Virus record (IMG/VR): IMGVR_UViG_3300046171_000227
Location: 1 to 64,000 of that record
From: a virus
Length of the DNA: 64,000 nt
Strand: one strand, 5' to 3'
Shown here: positions 28,828-40,150 of the stretch, piece by piece
Layout: each line of letters begins with the position of its first letter
Position numbering within the stretch: position 1 is the stretch's first letter
Notes under the pieces: generated by a model
The model's database searches: none
What the model saw: the letters and a program-made list of their open reading frames with translations, nothing else
Told to the model about the DNA's origin: nothing
Translations under genes and position numbers: made by a program

Positions 28828-29963
28828 TAGATATCTACTTTAAATACTTCTTCGTTAGGTTCTCCAAACTTTACTCTATCATAATATTGATCATATAGAG
28901 TATCTTTTACACGATTCAGAATAGTTTCGTTATCATTGATGTAAACAGTATATCCTTGATTAAGTAATTCCTTACAAAGTTTAAACTGCTGACTCTCCGT
29001 TAGAATATCTGTTCCTTTCTTATATGAAACGTAGTCAAAGTAGAAAGGAAGACTCTTATGATTCTTACAAATCATGTAATCAAGAAGAAACTTATTATGT
29101 ACTTCATTGAAGTTATCAGTCGTAGCACCTAGGTTATATTCAACCCCAAGACTCTTGGCATAGGCAGCAAAAGCACGATTGTCTCTAGGAAGACAAGGGC
29201 CACCAAAACCATAACCAAACTTCAGATACTTCTTACCGACTCGACTGTCAGCACCAATAGCATCGAGTACGGTATCAATCTCGTCCTCCATGCCGTCTAG
29301 AGTGAGAACCTGTCCCATCATGTTGGCATAACTGATCTTTGTCGTAAGAAAGCAGTTAGTGGCGATTTTAACAACCTCTGAGGCAGTTCTAGACATCAGA
29401 CTAATCTGAGGTTTCGTAACTTGAATCTTATGATAAAGTTCAGATAACTTATCAAATGTTTTACCCCACTTACCACCAATCAGAACCATATCAGCGTTCT
29501 GAAGATCTTTAACAATAGATCCTTGTGCGATAAATTCTGGATTATAGAAAGTTTCCCAACCAACTTCATCTAGTCTATCTTGGAACATCTCACAATCACC
29601 AGGATTAGTAGTGCATCCAACGATAAAAGATTTATCTTTTACACCAGACTCGATGATATCATCAACAACTCTCCACACAGCACTGACATCATAGTCACCA
29701 CTGGGAAGAGAAGGAGTTGCAACAAGTGTGTAAATGATATCACACTCTTCAATTACTTTTTGATTGCTAGTTGTGGCTGAGAAATTATTAGATTGACTAA
29801 GCAAGTCTTGAACATCAGGTTCATTAGTCTTGATCTTCTTTTCCATAAGATCAGCGACGTAATCTTCGCGAATATCAGAGACTAATACATCATACCCTGC
29901 CTGTTCACAAAGAAGTGCGAAGCAAATACCAAGTCGCCCCGCACCAATTACACCAATTTTCAT
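28827..29963 (-). CDS. UDP-glucose/GDP-mannose 6-dehydrogenase family
   Basis: GAGRLG, YNPEF, KISYAN, GFGGPCLPRD. Confidence 0.88.
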   Translation of the reverse strand: MKIGVIGAGRLGICFALLCEQAGYDVLVSDIREDYVADLMEKKIKTNEPDVQDLLSQSNNFSATTSNQKVIEECDIIYTLVATPSLPSGDYDVSAVWRVVDDIIESGVKDKSFIVGCTTNPGDCEMFQDRLDEVGWETFYNPEFIAQGSIVKDLQNADMVLIGGKWGKTFDKLSELYHKIQVTKPQISLMSRTASEVVKIATNCFLTTKISYANMMGQVLTLDGMEDEIDTVLDAIGADSRVGKKYLKFGYGFGGPCLPRDNRAFAAYAKSLGVEYNLGATTDNFNEVHNKFLLDYMICKNHKSLPFYFDYVSYKKGTDILTESQQFKLCKELLNQGYTVYINDNETILNRVKDTLYDQYYDRVKFGEPNEEVFKVDI

Positions 29964-30799
29964 AGTTTGAATGTTGGAATAGAGATCATTTTATGCTTGT
30001 TCTGGCGGTGAAACTTACCATACTGTTTGATTGCAGACTTTTGATTTTCGGTTAGTTCTTTACCCATCCACATGGTAGCAGACTCTGGATGTTTTTCATG
30101 AATGAAAATTCCAGATTCCATAACCCATTCTAGATCTTCATAGGAAGCACCAACCTGTGCTTCATCAGTCCTGCTATCTTCCCACAGTCCATCTGTAGGA
30201 GCAGCAGCGATAATACGCGGATCGACACCAAGGTGTCTACCAAGTTCCCATACTTCTGTTTTGTACAAGTCCGCGATAGGTGCGATATCAACACCGCCAT
30301 CACCATATTTAGTGTAGAATCCGATACCGTAATCTTCAACTTTATTACCAGTACCGACAACCATACCACCAACTGTTCCTGCAATCTGATACAGAGTCAC
30401 CATACGAAGACGTGACTTTGTATTTGCATTTGCAAGTTGATTGGATGTGTATGTTCCTTTCTCTCCGCCATGCGCATCAGTCCACCAGTCAATAGAACTG
30501 AGTAATTTTTCATATGTAGAAGAAAGATCTACATTTTGCATCATGACATTTTCATACTGCTCTCTCAGTTCAGTCGCATGTGCGACAGATAGAATAGTAT
30601 TATCCATCTTTGAATTGAGAGACATCGTCAGGACATAAGTAGGCAGTCCTGTACGAGCACAAAGAGTTGACACAACAGCAGAGTCAATGCCACCAGACAC
30701 ACCACAAACAAGTGCTCTGATGTTATTGTTATCAGCGTATTCTCTAAGCCAGAGAACGATTCTTTCTTCTAATTCAGCGTAGTCTTTAATTCTGTTCAT
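29960..30799 (-). CDS. nadE: NH3-dependent NAD+ synthetase family
   Basis: SGGIDS, NTKSRLRM, GTGNKVE, FYTKYGDG, PIADLYKTEV, PTDGL...TDE. Confidence 0.9.
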   Translation of the reverse strand: MNRIKDYAELEERIVLWLREYADNNNIRALVCGVSGGIDSAVVSTLCARTGLPTYVLTMSLNSKMDNTILSVAHATELREQYENVMMQNVDLSSTYEKLLSSIDWWTDAHGGEKGTYTSNQLANANTKSRLRMVTLYQIAGTVGGMVVGTGNKVEDYGIGFYTKYGDGGVDIAPIADLYKTEVWELGRHLGVDPRIIAAAPTDGLWEDSRTDEAQVGASYEDLEWVMESGIFIHEKHPESATMWMGKELTENQKSAIKQYGKFHRQNKHKMISIPTFKL

Positions 30800-31650
30800 A
30801 GGATAATCCAATCAGGGCAATAGAGATCTGTAGTGTCTTTATCTGCATAAGCAGGCCCGAACCAGTTCTTCGGAGCAATAACTTTTTTGTTGGAGTTTGC
30901 TTGTAACCAGGCTCCCCACCAACTCATACTACTGTTAGCAATAATAGCATGAGAGCATAGAGACATCAAGCACAAGTCAGCATATGGAGTAAAAGATCCG
31001 TCTGCATATTTATCAACTGGTTCAGAAATTAAGAATCTATCTCCGGAGAAGAACTCCTGTTCCTTCACCCAATCAACAGAATCAGAGAATACAAAGACGG
31101 GTTGATTGTCATTAAATTCTGCAAGAGCACTTTCATAATATTCAATAGTTTGAGGTGGATGTTGTGATGAACACTGAGTATATGCCCACTTAAATCCCCG
31201 AGGATCTGTTAGGTTGGGATCACCTCGTCGAACATGAAGCATGATAGGTTCTTGATCCTTAAACTCATCCATGATTTGTTTGCAAGGTTCGAGATGCTCA
31301 TCATGAAATGTATACTCCCTCCTAATGATATCTTCTACGTTCTTGAAGTATCTTTCAGACTGAAAGAATCCATGAAGACTGACATTATCAGGACAACTCT
31401 CTACAAGAGATTCATCATAATTGAAGAATCTTTCTTGTACATATCCACCATTTCTTTGTTGGAGATTTTCTTCTTTTACATCCTCCATCTTGAAACAATA
31501 GTGCAAACTATAGTTTTCAATACTTTGTGCATTATATGGAGGAATACACCAGTCATATCCATGCTTAGCAGCAATACCACGAAGTGCAGCATACTCAAAC
31601 ATTTGATTACCTAGTCTTCCTAGATTGCCGAGTTGATTAAATGCTAGCAT
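30796..31650 (-). CDS. Glycosyltransferase family 11 (alpha-1,2-fucosyltransferase-like)
   Basis: GRLGNQMF, GFFQSERYF, HVRRGD, ANSSMSWWGAW. Confidence 0.9.
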   Translation of the reverse strand: MLAFNQLGNLGRLGNQMFEYAALRGIAAKHGYDWCIPPYNAQSIENYSLHYCFKMEDVKEENLQQRNGGYVQERFFNYDESLVESCPDNVSLHGFFQSERYFKNVEDIIRREYTFHDEHLEPCKQIMDEFKDQEPIMLHVRRGDPNLTDPRGFKWAYTQCSSQHPPQTIEYYESALAEFNDNQPVFVFSDSVDWVKEQEFFSGDRFLISEPVDKYADGSFTPYADLCLMSLCSHAIIANSSMSWWGAWLQANSNKKVIAPKNWFGPAYADKDTTDLYCPDWIIL

Positions 31651-32449
31651 ATTTCTCCAGATATTCTTGGTTAGAATAATAATCCATTAATTGTTTTTTG
31701 TCCATTCCACTTATCATTTCCCATTCTTGCAGGTTAGATTCCATATGTGGGTTAGAGAACCATGAATTTTCTCCTCTGGCATGTTCTAAGTGATAAACTA
31801 CATTATTAATTCTACCAACTTTATATCCTAATGTAGTAAATCTGAAATACCTTTCTTTATCTTCAGGAGCATATGCTCGGAAGTTTTCATTCTCCATGCC
31901 ACCTTCAATATAAACACTGCGTCTGAAGAACTGAGCCCATCCAAAATCAGATGTATGCTCATTAGAAACAGCATCTAAGACTGAATAGTCATTACCATCA
32001 AGGAAAGCAGATACAATTTTATCTTCTGCATTTACTTGTCGTTGATACATCCCATCACCGTATGGGTATACAACATCAAAAACTTTTTCTTTAATCCCCA
32101 TGTATGCAGTCACATATGATTCAAGGGGGAGAATCACATCACAATCATAATTAACTACTATTTCTGTGTCTGCCTCTACAATCATTTCATTAAGAACTCT
32201 CTGACGATGAAACAGAGGTTGATCACTCTCTTCAAAAATGTGCTTTACCTTGACATCTCCAAAAAAACTTTCTAGTTGTGGAAGTGCTCTTTCATTGAAT
32301 ACAGAGGTTTTATCAACTTCTTTAACAATAATGTTTGTATTAAAGTTGTTTAAAAGAAATGCTACTGAAGTAATAACATTTCTAAGTCTATCTTCCGATT
32401 CGATACGAATAGGGATGATAAAGGTTGCGTCGGTTAAATCAATTCTCAT
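31637..32449 (-). CDS. GT-A fold glycosyltransferase (GT2/GT7-like)
   Basis: FIIP, DCD motif, GGMENENFRAYAPED. Confidence 0.75.
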   Translation of the reverse strand: MRIDLTDATFIIPIRIESEDRLRNVITSVAFLLNNFNTNIIVKEVDKTSVFNERALPQLESFFGDVKVKHIFEESDQPLFHRQRVLNEMIVEADTEIVVNYDCDVILPLESYVTAYMGIKEKVFDVVYPYGDGMYQRQVNAEDKIVSAFLDGNDYSVLDAVSNEHTSDFGWAQFFRRSVYIEGGMENENFRAYAPEDKERYFRFTTLGYKVGRINNVVYHLEHARGENSWFSNPHMESNLQEWEMISGMDKKQLMDYYSNQEYLEKYASI

Positions 32450-33198
32450 CAGGATACTTTCTCGTCACAAAAAATTCTGAATGCTTTTGATAGATATGAT
32501 CTATTTCTTCTTTATTTACCAACCAAGTTCTAGATGAGTCAGAAATAGTAGCGTTATAATCAATCCCACCGGAACTCGTTCTATTATCATGCTCACGGTT
32601 TGCTGTTAATACCTCGTCAATTATTGCTGGCATACCATGCTTGACTCTCATTCGATGATACAATTCAGTATCAATTAAGAGATTAAGTTTTTCATCCATA
32701 CCATCATAAGTGCCATTAAGAAATGCAGTACCTGATGGATTACCTAATAAGTTGTCACCTTCAAGCATTCTTGCAGTCCATTTTGGAAAACAATCTCTAT
32801 GAGTTTCCTACACCATCTGTAGTGTGAGTAAACCCATGAATTAACCATTTAGCACCATTTTGAAATACTTCATATATTTTTTGAAGGGCATCATTACTAA
32901 TAAAAATATCATCCTGATAAATTAATTTTAATATTTTACCCTCAGCATTTTCAATAGCACAATTAGTATTTGCTGCTAAACTCCCTCGCCCATTTGGATT
33001 TTTAATATATGTAATATCAAAATCATAGTCACAATTACGACACCATTCCTGAATCACATCATCCTTACTATGATCAGAAATAACAATATCAAAGTCTTTG
33101 AAAGATTGATTTGCAATTGTATCAAATAACTTTTCAAGATAAAAAACTCCATCACCTCGATATTCGTAGGTGGGAATGCATACACTAATTTCTGACAT
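32439..33198 (-). CDS. Glycosyltransferase family 2 (apparent indel at ~32806)
   Basis: ISVCIPTY, IVISDHS, QDD, then GNPS...DTELY in the next frame. Confidence 0.75.
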
Positions 33199-33991
33199 CA
33201 AGATACTCCCATCGATCGATGTAAATGTCTGTAGGATCTTCTCCATCAGGGCCAAACCACAGTCTGGGTGCAATCACATTTGTATGTCCTGAGAGCCATG
33301 CTCCCCACCAGGAGAAGGTAGAGTTTGCGATGATGTTGTATTGTGACATTGACATGAGGCACATATCGTGAATGTTGTCACTCTCAGAGATAAAGAAACG
33401 ATCTGATTCAAAGAATTCGTGTCCGAACGCCCACGATGGATCATCCGTGAGTACAACCACAGGGATATCCTTAGGCAGTCTTCCAAGTGCTTCTTCATAA
33501 TAACTGATAGGCAAGACTGGGTGGAATGTTGGTTTGATTAGATGATCTGTGCGACGAACATGAAGGGTGATGAAATCATTATCACCTACTGCTTGATCCA
33601 GAAAATTATGACAATTCTCCTCTACTTCATCTCTAAAAGTAAAGTCTTCGCGAATTTCGTCTTCAATATGCTTGAAGTATTTTTCTGATTGAAAGTACCC
33701 ATACAGATTTACATCATCAGGACACTCATCAACAATATTTTGATCATACCGAAAAGATGCCTCTTTGCGATATCCCGCTTCTAGTAAACCAATATTCTTA
33801 GCACCTGCCATATCAAATGCCATGAAGAGTTTATGTTGTTCCTCTTCATCATGAAACTCTTCATCTGTTTTAGGCCCATCGGGGATGATGAATTCATATC
33901 CCCTCGCTGCTGCAATACCTCTAGTAGCAGCATATTGGAACATTTGATTACCAAATCTTCCATTCCTACCAATGTGGTTATGTCCAATCAT
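33185..33991 (-). CDS. Glycosyltransferase family 11
   Basis: GRFGNQMFQYA, GYFQSEKYF, HVRRTD, ANSTFSWWGAW. Confidence 0.9.
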   Translation of the reverse strand: MIGHNHIGRNGRFGNQMFQYAATRGIAAARGYEFIIPDGPKTDEEFHDEEEQHKLFMAFDMAGAKNIGLLEAGYRKEASFRYDQNIVDECPDDVNLYGYFQSEKYFKHIEDEIREDFTFRDEVEENCHNFLDQAVGDNDFITLHVRRTDHLIKPTFHPVLPISYYEEALGRLPKDIPVVVLTDDPSWAFGHEFFESDRFFISESDNIHDMCLMSMSQYNIIANSTFSWWGAWLSGHTNVIAPRLWFGPDGEDPTDIYIDRWEYLDVRN

Positions 33992-34689
33992 GAAAGTTCA
34001 ACTCCTGGGGGCAATCTATAATGGAAACCAAAAGGTGTTACACCTTCCGCTTCAGGTACTCTGGTTTCCTGTGAGAACCTTACTGCAACGTCAACGGGGG
34101 CATATTTCATGCCCTCTTTCTGAAAGATATGTCTGTTGTGGACACAGACATTTCCATCTTCGTGATAGTTTACCACACCCTCAGGCATCCAGTAAAAGTC
34201 ACTATTGTTTGTTTCCCAAGGGACTTCTACTTTCGTCGGAACTTCAAGAAACCTTTTACTACGCATGGAGAATCCACCATTACCAACACGCCAGTGTCTA
34301 CCAAAAGGATCAATGTAAGCGTCCTTTACAATCGCCCAGGGTGCTCCAATATAATCATATTCAAGCCATGTATCATCCCACTTATCAGGAAACAATACGA
34401 ACCCATCAGGTTGAACAAGAAGGCAATGTGATGTGTCTACATGTTCATGAAGATGATACACCACATAGTAATTGTAATCATCGTAGTTTTTGATATCACG
34501 TACAGGAGTCTGCATCGTGATACCATCTTCTACAAGTTTAGGATTGTTGTCAATCTGCTCCTGTGTCGTGATAAGTTTGACATCACCGAAATTGATGCCA
34601 GACATACTAGTATAAACACCATTAAGTGTCCCTGATAAATCATCAGTGGTATCAACAGATATCAATGTGACATCTGGCAAATTAATCAT
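33988..34689 (-). CDS. DUF5672-like putative glycosyltransferase
   Basis: LLVQPDG, YDYIGAPW, VGNGGFSMRS, FGFH. Confidence 0.75.
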   Translation of the reverse strand: MINLPDVTLISVDTTDDLSGTLNGVYTSMSGINFGDVKLITTQEQIDNNPKLVEDGITMQTPVRDIKNYDDYNYYVVYHLHEHVDTSHCLLVQPDGFVLFPDKWDDTWLEYDYIGAPWAIVKDAYIDPFGRHWRVGNGGFSMRSKRFLEVPTKVEVPWETNNSDFYWMPEGVVNYHEDGNVCVHNRHIFQKEGMKYAPVDVAVRFSQETRVPEAEGVTPFGFHYRLPPGVELS

Positions 34690-35575
34690 AAGTCTCCATC
34701 GTAAATGTTTGAAGTCTTTTTATACTCTTCCCATTCTACTCTACATTCGTCTGGTGTAAAGAGTTTACCATCTCTATCCATATAATATGTTGGATAACTA
34801 TAGATACTGCAACCAAGACTCCACCAACCCTGAGAAAGGTTATGGTGAAACCAATACTTAGGTGCAATACACATCTCTAGATTTTTTGATGTCCAGAGAG
34901 GAAGCAGGAGAAAGTAGAGGTGGTACAGATAACGTTCCTTGCATTCTTGACAGCGACATAATCCCATGCAACGTCAACATGGTATGCAGGAATATCAGGA
35001 AGCATCCTGTTAGCAGATTTAACATCATCGGTTACAATGCAATACTCCATTTTTGGATTATACTGAGACATATGCTCCATTGCGTTTTCCCAATATGTTC
35101 TGGGGACAAATGCACCAGCATTGCCCACCATATCTCCACCACGAAAGTTAAGAACACAGATGTTCTTTCCGTTTGTGTCATCATGTTCGTACATTATACG
35201 AACTTTTAACCACTCTTTTACAAGATTGATTTCATTATAAAAATAATCTTCAGATTGAAATATACCATGAAGAAGATGATTATCCGGTATAGAAAGTAGA
35301 TTTCTATCAGTCAACCGAATATCAGTACGTAAATATTCATCAGTGTGAAAGGCATGTCGATATTCAAAATATGTTTCAAGATCATCAGGAACTTTTTTCC
35401 CATAATCAAGGTTCATAAAATAAAAACCTTTCTTATTAACTCTGGAATCTCCAGCGTTTTGAAGTCCTTTAATACCAAAGTCGTAACCCAATCTACGGGC
35501 TAAGACTCTAGTTGTTACATATGCGAATAATTGATTTCCAAGTCCTTGTCCATGCAAAAATTCAGTCGCTAACAT
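34686..35575 (-). CDS. Divergent GT11-like glycosyltransferase (apparent indel at ~34900)
   Basis: GQGLGNQLF, GIFQSEDYF, NFRGGD, STFS, IAPKYW. Confidence 0.7.
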
Positions 35576-36858
35576 ATTCAGATGATACCTTACTAATATA
35601 ATCAATCATCTCATCGGTGATTGTAGGCGAACACCCAAGGAAAAATACAAGATCTAACACTTGGTTCGCGTTTGGATATTTATTCGCGTCATCAAGGTGT
35701 GAGTATCCAGGGTGAAGAAGAATATTTCCAGCAAAGTAATTTCTAGTTTGAATCTTATTCTTCTCAAAGTGACGAACTAGAGAGTGCTTCAGTTTTTTAT
35801 TTTCACATAAAATGGGAACACCAAACCAACTTGTTTCGGCGTTAGGCATCTCATTCATTACACGAATACCAGGAATGCTTTCAACAATTTGTTGAATCTT
35901 CCACTTGTTACGACGACGTTTATCATGAATTTCTTCATACTTGAGTAGTTGAACAGAACCTACAGCACCCTGCAAATCAAGAGGCTTAAGATTGTAACCC
36001 ATATTAGAAAAGACATACTTATGATCAACAATGTCATCATACTTGTCTAACCACTTGTCGAAACGCTTTCCGCATACTCCATTAGGAAGAAGGTTTTGCT
36101 GTCCCACACAATAGCAACCTCGGCCCCACCATGCAAAACTACGTGCGAGATCCACAACACCTTTGAGGTTAGAAGGACACCATACCGCCCTCAATCGTAC
36201 ATAGATGATGTGCGGGATAGAATGAGCATGATGCTGCTACAGCACGATCGGTAAGATACTTGCCATCATACTTACTACCAAGACTATCACAATTATCAGC
36301 GATCAGTTCAAGTTGATGTCTATCAAGAATATCATACAGACAATCCATATCATAAGGATTGCCAAGAACTGGTGAAGAAAATACTGCTCTTGTCCTGTCC
36401 GTAATTTTAGATTCTACTTGTTCAAGATTCCAGTTAAGATCATCCCAGACAATATCTACAAATACTGGTTTTAAACCTGCCTGAACAATAGGTGCTACTG
36501 TTGTGGCAAAACCACAAGCACATACGATAATCTCATCACCATCTCGCCAATTGAAGTACTTCTTCAATGCAGCAATCATAACAAGATTGGCAGAACTACC
36601 AGAGTTCACCATAACAGAGTGCTCAAATCCAAACTTACTTGAGAACTCACGCTCAAACTTATTAACTTTCTCACCAGAAGACAACCACTTACCTTTCATG
36701 ATTGAATAAACAAGTTCCCTCGCTTCATGATCATCCCAATAAGGGCCTGAATAATACACAGGTTTACCCTCTTTCCAATCTTTATTTGCCATGAAAGGAA
36801 AGATGTCATCATCCATCTCCTTTGCATCATTAATAAAGTTTTCAATCAGTTGATACAT
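35562..36858 (-). CDS. PMP/PLP-dependent NDP-4-keto-6-deoxyhexose 3-dehydratase (RfbH/DdhC/ColD-like); apparent indel at ~36172
   Basis: VNSGSSANL, DNCDSLG, SFYPAHH (His in place of the aminotransferase Lys), WGRGCYC...CGKRF, GYNLK. Confidence 0.82.
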
Positions 36859-37640
36859 AATTCTCTGATGATGTCTGTTTGCGATATTTGTGGTTTAAAA
36901 CCAAGTGCTCTTAGTTTACAGGAGTCAAGATACATGTCTTGAGTATCTGCTTTCTTTGTCAGAATTTTTGAATCTGATTTTAAGAAGTGTTTCGCCGTCC
37001 TAATTATATCACCTAGAGTTGTCCGCTGTCCACTGCCAATATTGTATATGGTATCAAATTCTCCACGGTTAACAACTGTGTTAATTGCTCTGCATACATC
37101 ATCTACATGCATTATATCTTTGATTATATCTCCATCATTATAGAGGGTAATATCATTACCCTTCTTAAGTTCACCAATTAGATAATGAATAGCGTTCTTC
37201 TTTGGGGAAGCTTTTGGATCATAACCACCTACAACATTAGGCATCCTCAATATTCTATACTTTACTTTATAGGTTCTGCAGAAATCAATGAGTAGATCTT
37301 CTGCACACTTCTTTGTAATGGAATAGAAACCTCTTGGATTACATGGAGAATCTTCTTTAGCAGGAAGTTCACAATCTCCATAAACGAACCAAGAAGAAAT
37401 AAAATTGAAAACGCGATCAGCACTCCTGCAATGATCCAACACTTCACAAAGAATACTGAGATTTGTCTTGACATCTAAAGTAATATCTGTATGAATATTG
37501 CTGTTATCAATCGTTGAAATGAAGTATAAAATTTCCTGTGTTTCAGGATTTCTCTGTTCTCTGGGAATAATCAGTGTTTCATTGGTATACATTTCACAGT
37601 ATCTACCACCAATATACCCAGCACCATATACACTCAGCAT
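36846..37640 (-). CDS. NAD-dependent epimerase/dehydratase/reductase
   Basis: GAGYIG, FISSWFVYG, YSITK. Confidence 0.85.
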   Translation of the reverse strand: MLSVYGAGYIGGRYCEMYTNETLIIPREQRNPETQEILYFISTIDNSNIHTDITLDVKTNLSILCEVLDHCRSADRVFNFISSWFVYGDCELPAKEDSPCNPRGFYSITKKCAEDLLIDFCRTYKVKYRILRMPNVVGGYDPKASPKKNAIHYLIGELKKGNDITLYNDGDIIKDIMHVDDVCRAINTVVNRGEFDTIYNIGSGQRTTLGDIIRTAKHFLKSDSKILTKKADTQDMYLDSCKLRALGFKPQISQTDIIRELCIN

Positions 37641-38242
37641 TCTGAAGTTCTCAAAATAAAAAATCCATTTCCATGTGGATGCGGGTTAATCCACTTTTCT
37701 TTAATTGATCCTAGTGAATATGAAAATTTCACAAGTTCCATACCCTGCGATTCAAACATCTTGATCCACCACTCCTCATCTTTCTTAGTGACGTGAGTAA
37801 CATCTACTTCATACTCTCTGATTCTAAATCTATCATTATCTCCAAGAGGAATTACAAAGAAAAACTGATTTGATTTCTTCTTGAAATTTTTGAGAACAGA
37901 AGGAATATCCTCAACCTCAACATGCTCAAGAACATCTTTACAAATAAGTAAATCGTAAAATTTGTCATTTGGTAAGGATACATAATCTCTTACATTAAGA
38001 TGACAATTCTGAACAGCATACTCACTTATATCTTCTCCCCAAGCGTCACATCCAATAATACGAAGAGCATTTACAAGAAACCCCTTCGCACATCCATAAT
38101 CAACACAAGTCTTAAATTCAAAATTGTTTTGAATATCAAGTGCTTCAGGAATTGAACGAGTGGGCATCCACTTATAGTCTTCATACCCAGAAATATGTTT
38201 TCTTACACCATCCTCATAATAGTCTTTGGTGAATTGATGCAT
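37634..38242 (-). CDS. Class I SAM-dependent methyltransferase
   Basis: VDYGCAKG, GEDISEYA, DVLEHV. Confidence 0.85.
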   Translation of the reverse strand: MHQFTKDYYEDGVRKHISGYEDYKWMPTRSIPEALDIQNNFEFKTCVDYGCAKGFLVNALRIIGCDAWGEDISEYAVQNCHLNVRDYVSLPNDKFYDLLICKDVLEHVEVEDIPSVLKNFKKKSNQFFFVIPLGDNDRFRIREYEVDVTHVTKKDEEWWIKMFESQGMELVKFSYSLGSIKEKWINPHPHGNGFFILRTSEC

Positions 38243-38243
38243 A

Positions 38244-39377
38244 TCATGCGAAATCATTGTGAATAGTATCAGTAAGAATATCGTCAACTAGTTCATTTTG
38301 CATAGCATACTTGCAATAATGGCAAGCATGATGTCTCAAAGTTGGCCCTTGATTGTAAAAATCTTCGATACCATCAATGTCACATACAGCAAATTGAGAT
38401 TCGGGAACATAGTTGTAGTTGTTCTCAATAGACAACTCTGCAGACGGACAAGCGTAGATATATCCGTCAGTGAACAAGAAAGGTTTCACCATATGCATAT
38501 AGCAATGATCATTTCTACGTTCACCTTGGAAGTTAAAGTCAGACAAAAATGCAGACTTTAGTTTTCTGCCACGATCTTCTTCATATGCCTCGATGATACC
38601 ACGGATAGTTTCAATATCCTTCTCGGTTTCTTTAACGTCTTTGATGGCATTGAATGCGATGCGGCAAGGAATTTTATTTTCCTCAACCCAATCTAACATA
38701 CGAATGAAGTTTTCGGTAGTCTGAAATTTCTTGGAGAGAACACGCTTATTCTTTACATCGCTCCATTCACCAGTAATGTTTGGGTTCTTAGAAGTCTCAA
38801 GGTTTTCATCCCAAACATATGCAGCGGAGGGTTTACAGTTAGTTCCTTCAAAGACACTTAAGTCATAATCATAACCCTCATAGAAACCATACATTCCCAG
38901 GCGAACCCAGTCAAACAGTTCTACAATGTCCTTTTTAATAGGACGATCTGCACCAAAACGGGCTCCATTAGTACAGATACCAAGACTAAATCCTAAGTCT
39001 TTGGCATACTGAACAATCTCTTTAAAATGTGGGTGAATACTTGGTTCACCGCCACCAGTGAATTCTACTCCAGTTACTCCAATCGCTTTAAAACTTTCAA
39101 GTGCCTGGAATACCTTTTCGGTAGGCATCTTTTCTGAAATATCTCTATTCGCGAAACAGCAGAAAGAACAAGTCAGGTTACAAGCATTTGTAAGAGAAAT
39201 GTGTGCCATTACAGGAGATGCTTTTTTGCCTTCCTGAAGGTTCTGCAATTTTGGTAATTGCTTAAGAAGTTTAGTTAAATTACTACTATAACTTCTACCC
39301 TGAACTTTATCATCTTCTTTTCTGAATGTCCCGTCTTCATTAAAGATTGGAGTTCCCTTATAAGGTACTGTAGTCAT
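38244..39377 (-). CDS. Radical SAM enzyme with a C-terminal Cys cluster (Twitch/SPASM-like)
   Basis: CNLTCSFC, FTGGGEP, TNG, CYMHM...CPS...CHYC. Confidence 0.88.
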   Translation of the reverse strand: MTTVPYKGTPIFNEDGTFRKEDDKVQGRSYSSNLTKLLKQLPKLQNLQEGKKASPVMAHISLTNACNLTCSFCCFANRDISEKMPTEKVFQALESFKAIGVTGVEFTGGGEPSIHPHFKEIVQYAKDLGFSLGICTNGARFGADRPIKKDIVELFDWVRLGMYGFYEGYDYDLSVFEGTNCKPSAAYVWDENLETSKNPNITGEWSDVKNKRVLSKKFQTTENFIRMLDWVEENKIPCRIAFNAIKDVKETEKDIETIRGIIEAYEEDRGRKLKSAFLSDFNFQGERRNDHCYMHMVKPFLFTDGYIYACPSAELSIENNYNYVPESQFAVCDIDGIEDFYNQGPTLRHHACHYCKYAMQNELVDDILTDTIHNDFA

Positions 39378-39423
39378 TTTAAAATGCTCATGATGATTTT
39401 TTGCCTGTGTTATTTATTATACC

Positions 39424-40150
39424 CTAGTCATCTCTTTCTACTAAATCTTCATTCCAAATCAAATAAAACATCCTTTCAATAACATGAGCCTCTGCACAAG
39501 TTGGATCATACCCAGACTCTGGTTCATAGTATAGAGCACTTACCATTTTTTCGTATACATCTTTAGAATACTTTAAGATTACTTCTTTAGGTACTGCAAA
39601 ATTAGAAGCAGGTATAAATTCAATAGTGTTAGTTTTTGGTGGATCAACAAAACACCAGTCAAGTAATTCATGATGATTAGAAAAAGTGTCTATCTTCTAA
39701 GTCATTATTACGAGAATAATCACACCATACAACTGGTTGAATTAATCTACCATCGTTAAGTGTCTCAAGAGGAGTATAGTCAGTATGTCTCAAGTCTCCA
39801 ACTAATACATTTTTATCAACCCAGATACTAAAAAATTCTGTAGCGTTTAAAGACTGCAGAAATCTTTCTTCTGTTGTGTAATAGTTTTCTCCCCTAGAAA
39901 AAAGATTTCCCTTGATAAAGACACTCATGTCTGGGAGATCTTCATAGTTTTCAATGATGAATCTAAGTATGTCAAATTGATTAGCTCCGACATTGGGAGA
40001 TTTTATCACCTCACCAAGATGAGATAAGTCTTTACTAACATCACTTTTATCGTAAATGACTGTATTATCTGGAGAGAATCCATGATCATACGTCATCTTC
40101 AACCATTCAAGATCCCAATTATAATTTGATACTACTAGAGTTTTTTCCAT
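39424..40150 (-). CDS. DUF3431-like protein (apparent indel at ~39680)
   Basis: VVSNYNWDLEW, NVG...FIIENYEDLPD, then PASNFAV...AHVIER. Confidence 0.6.
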
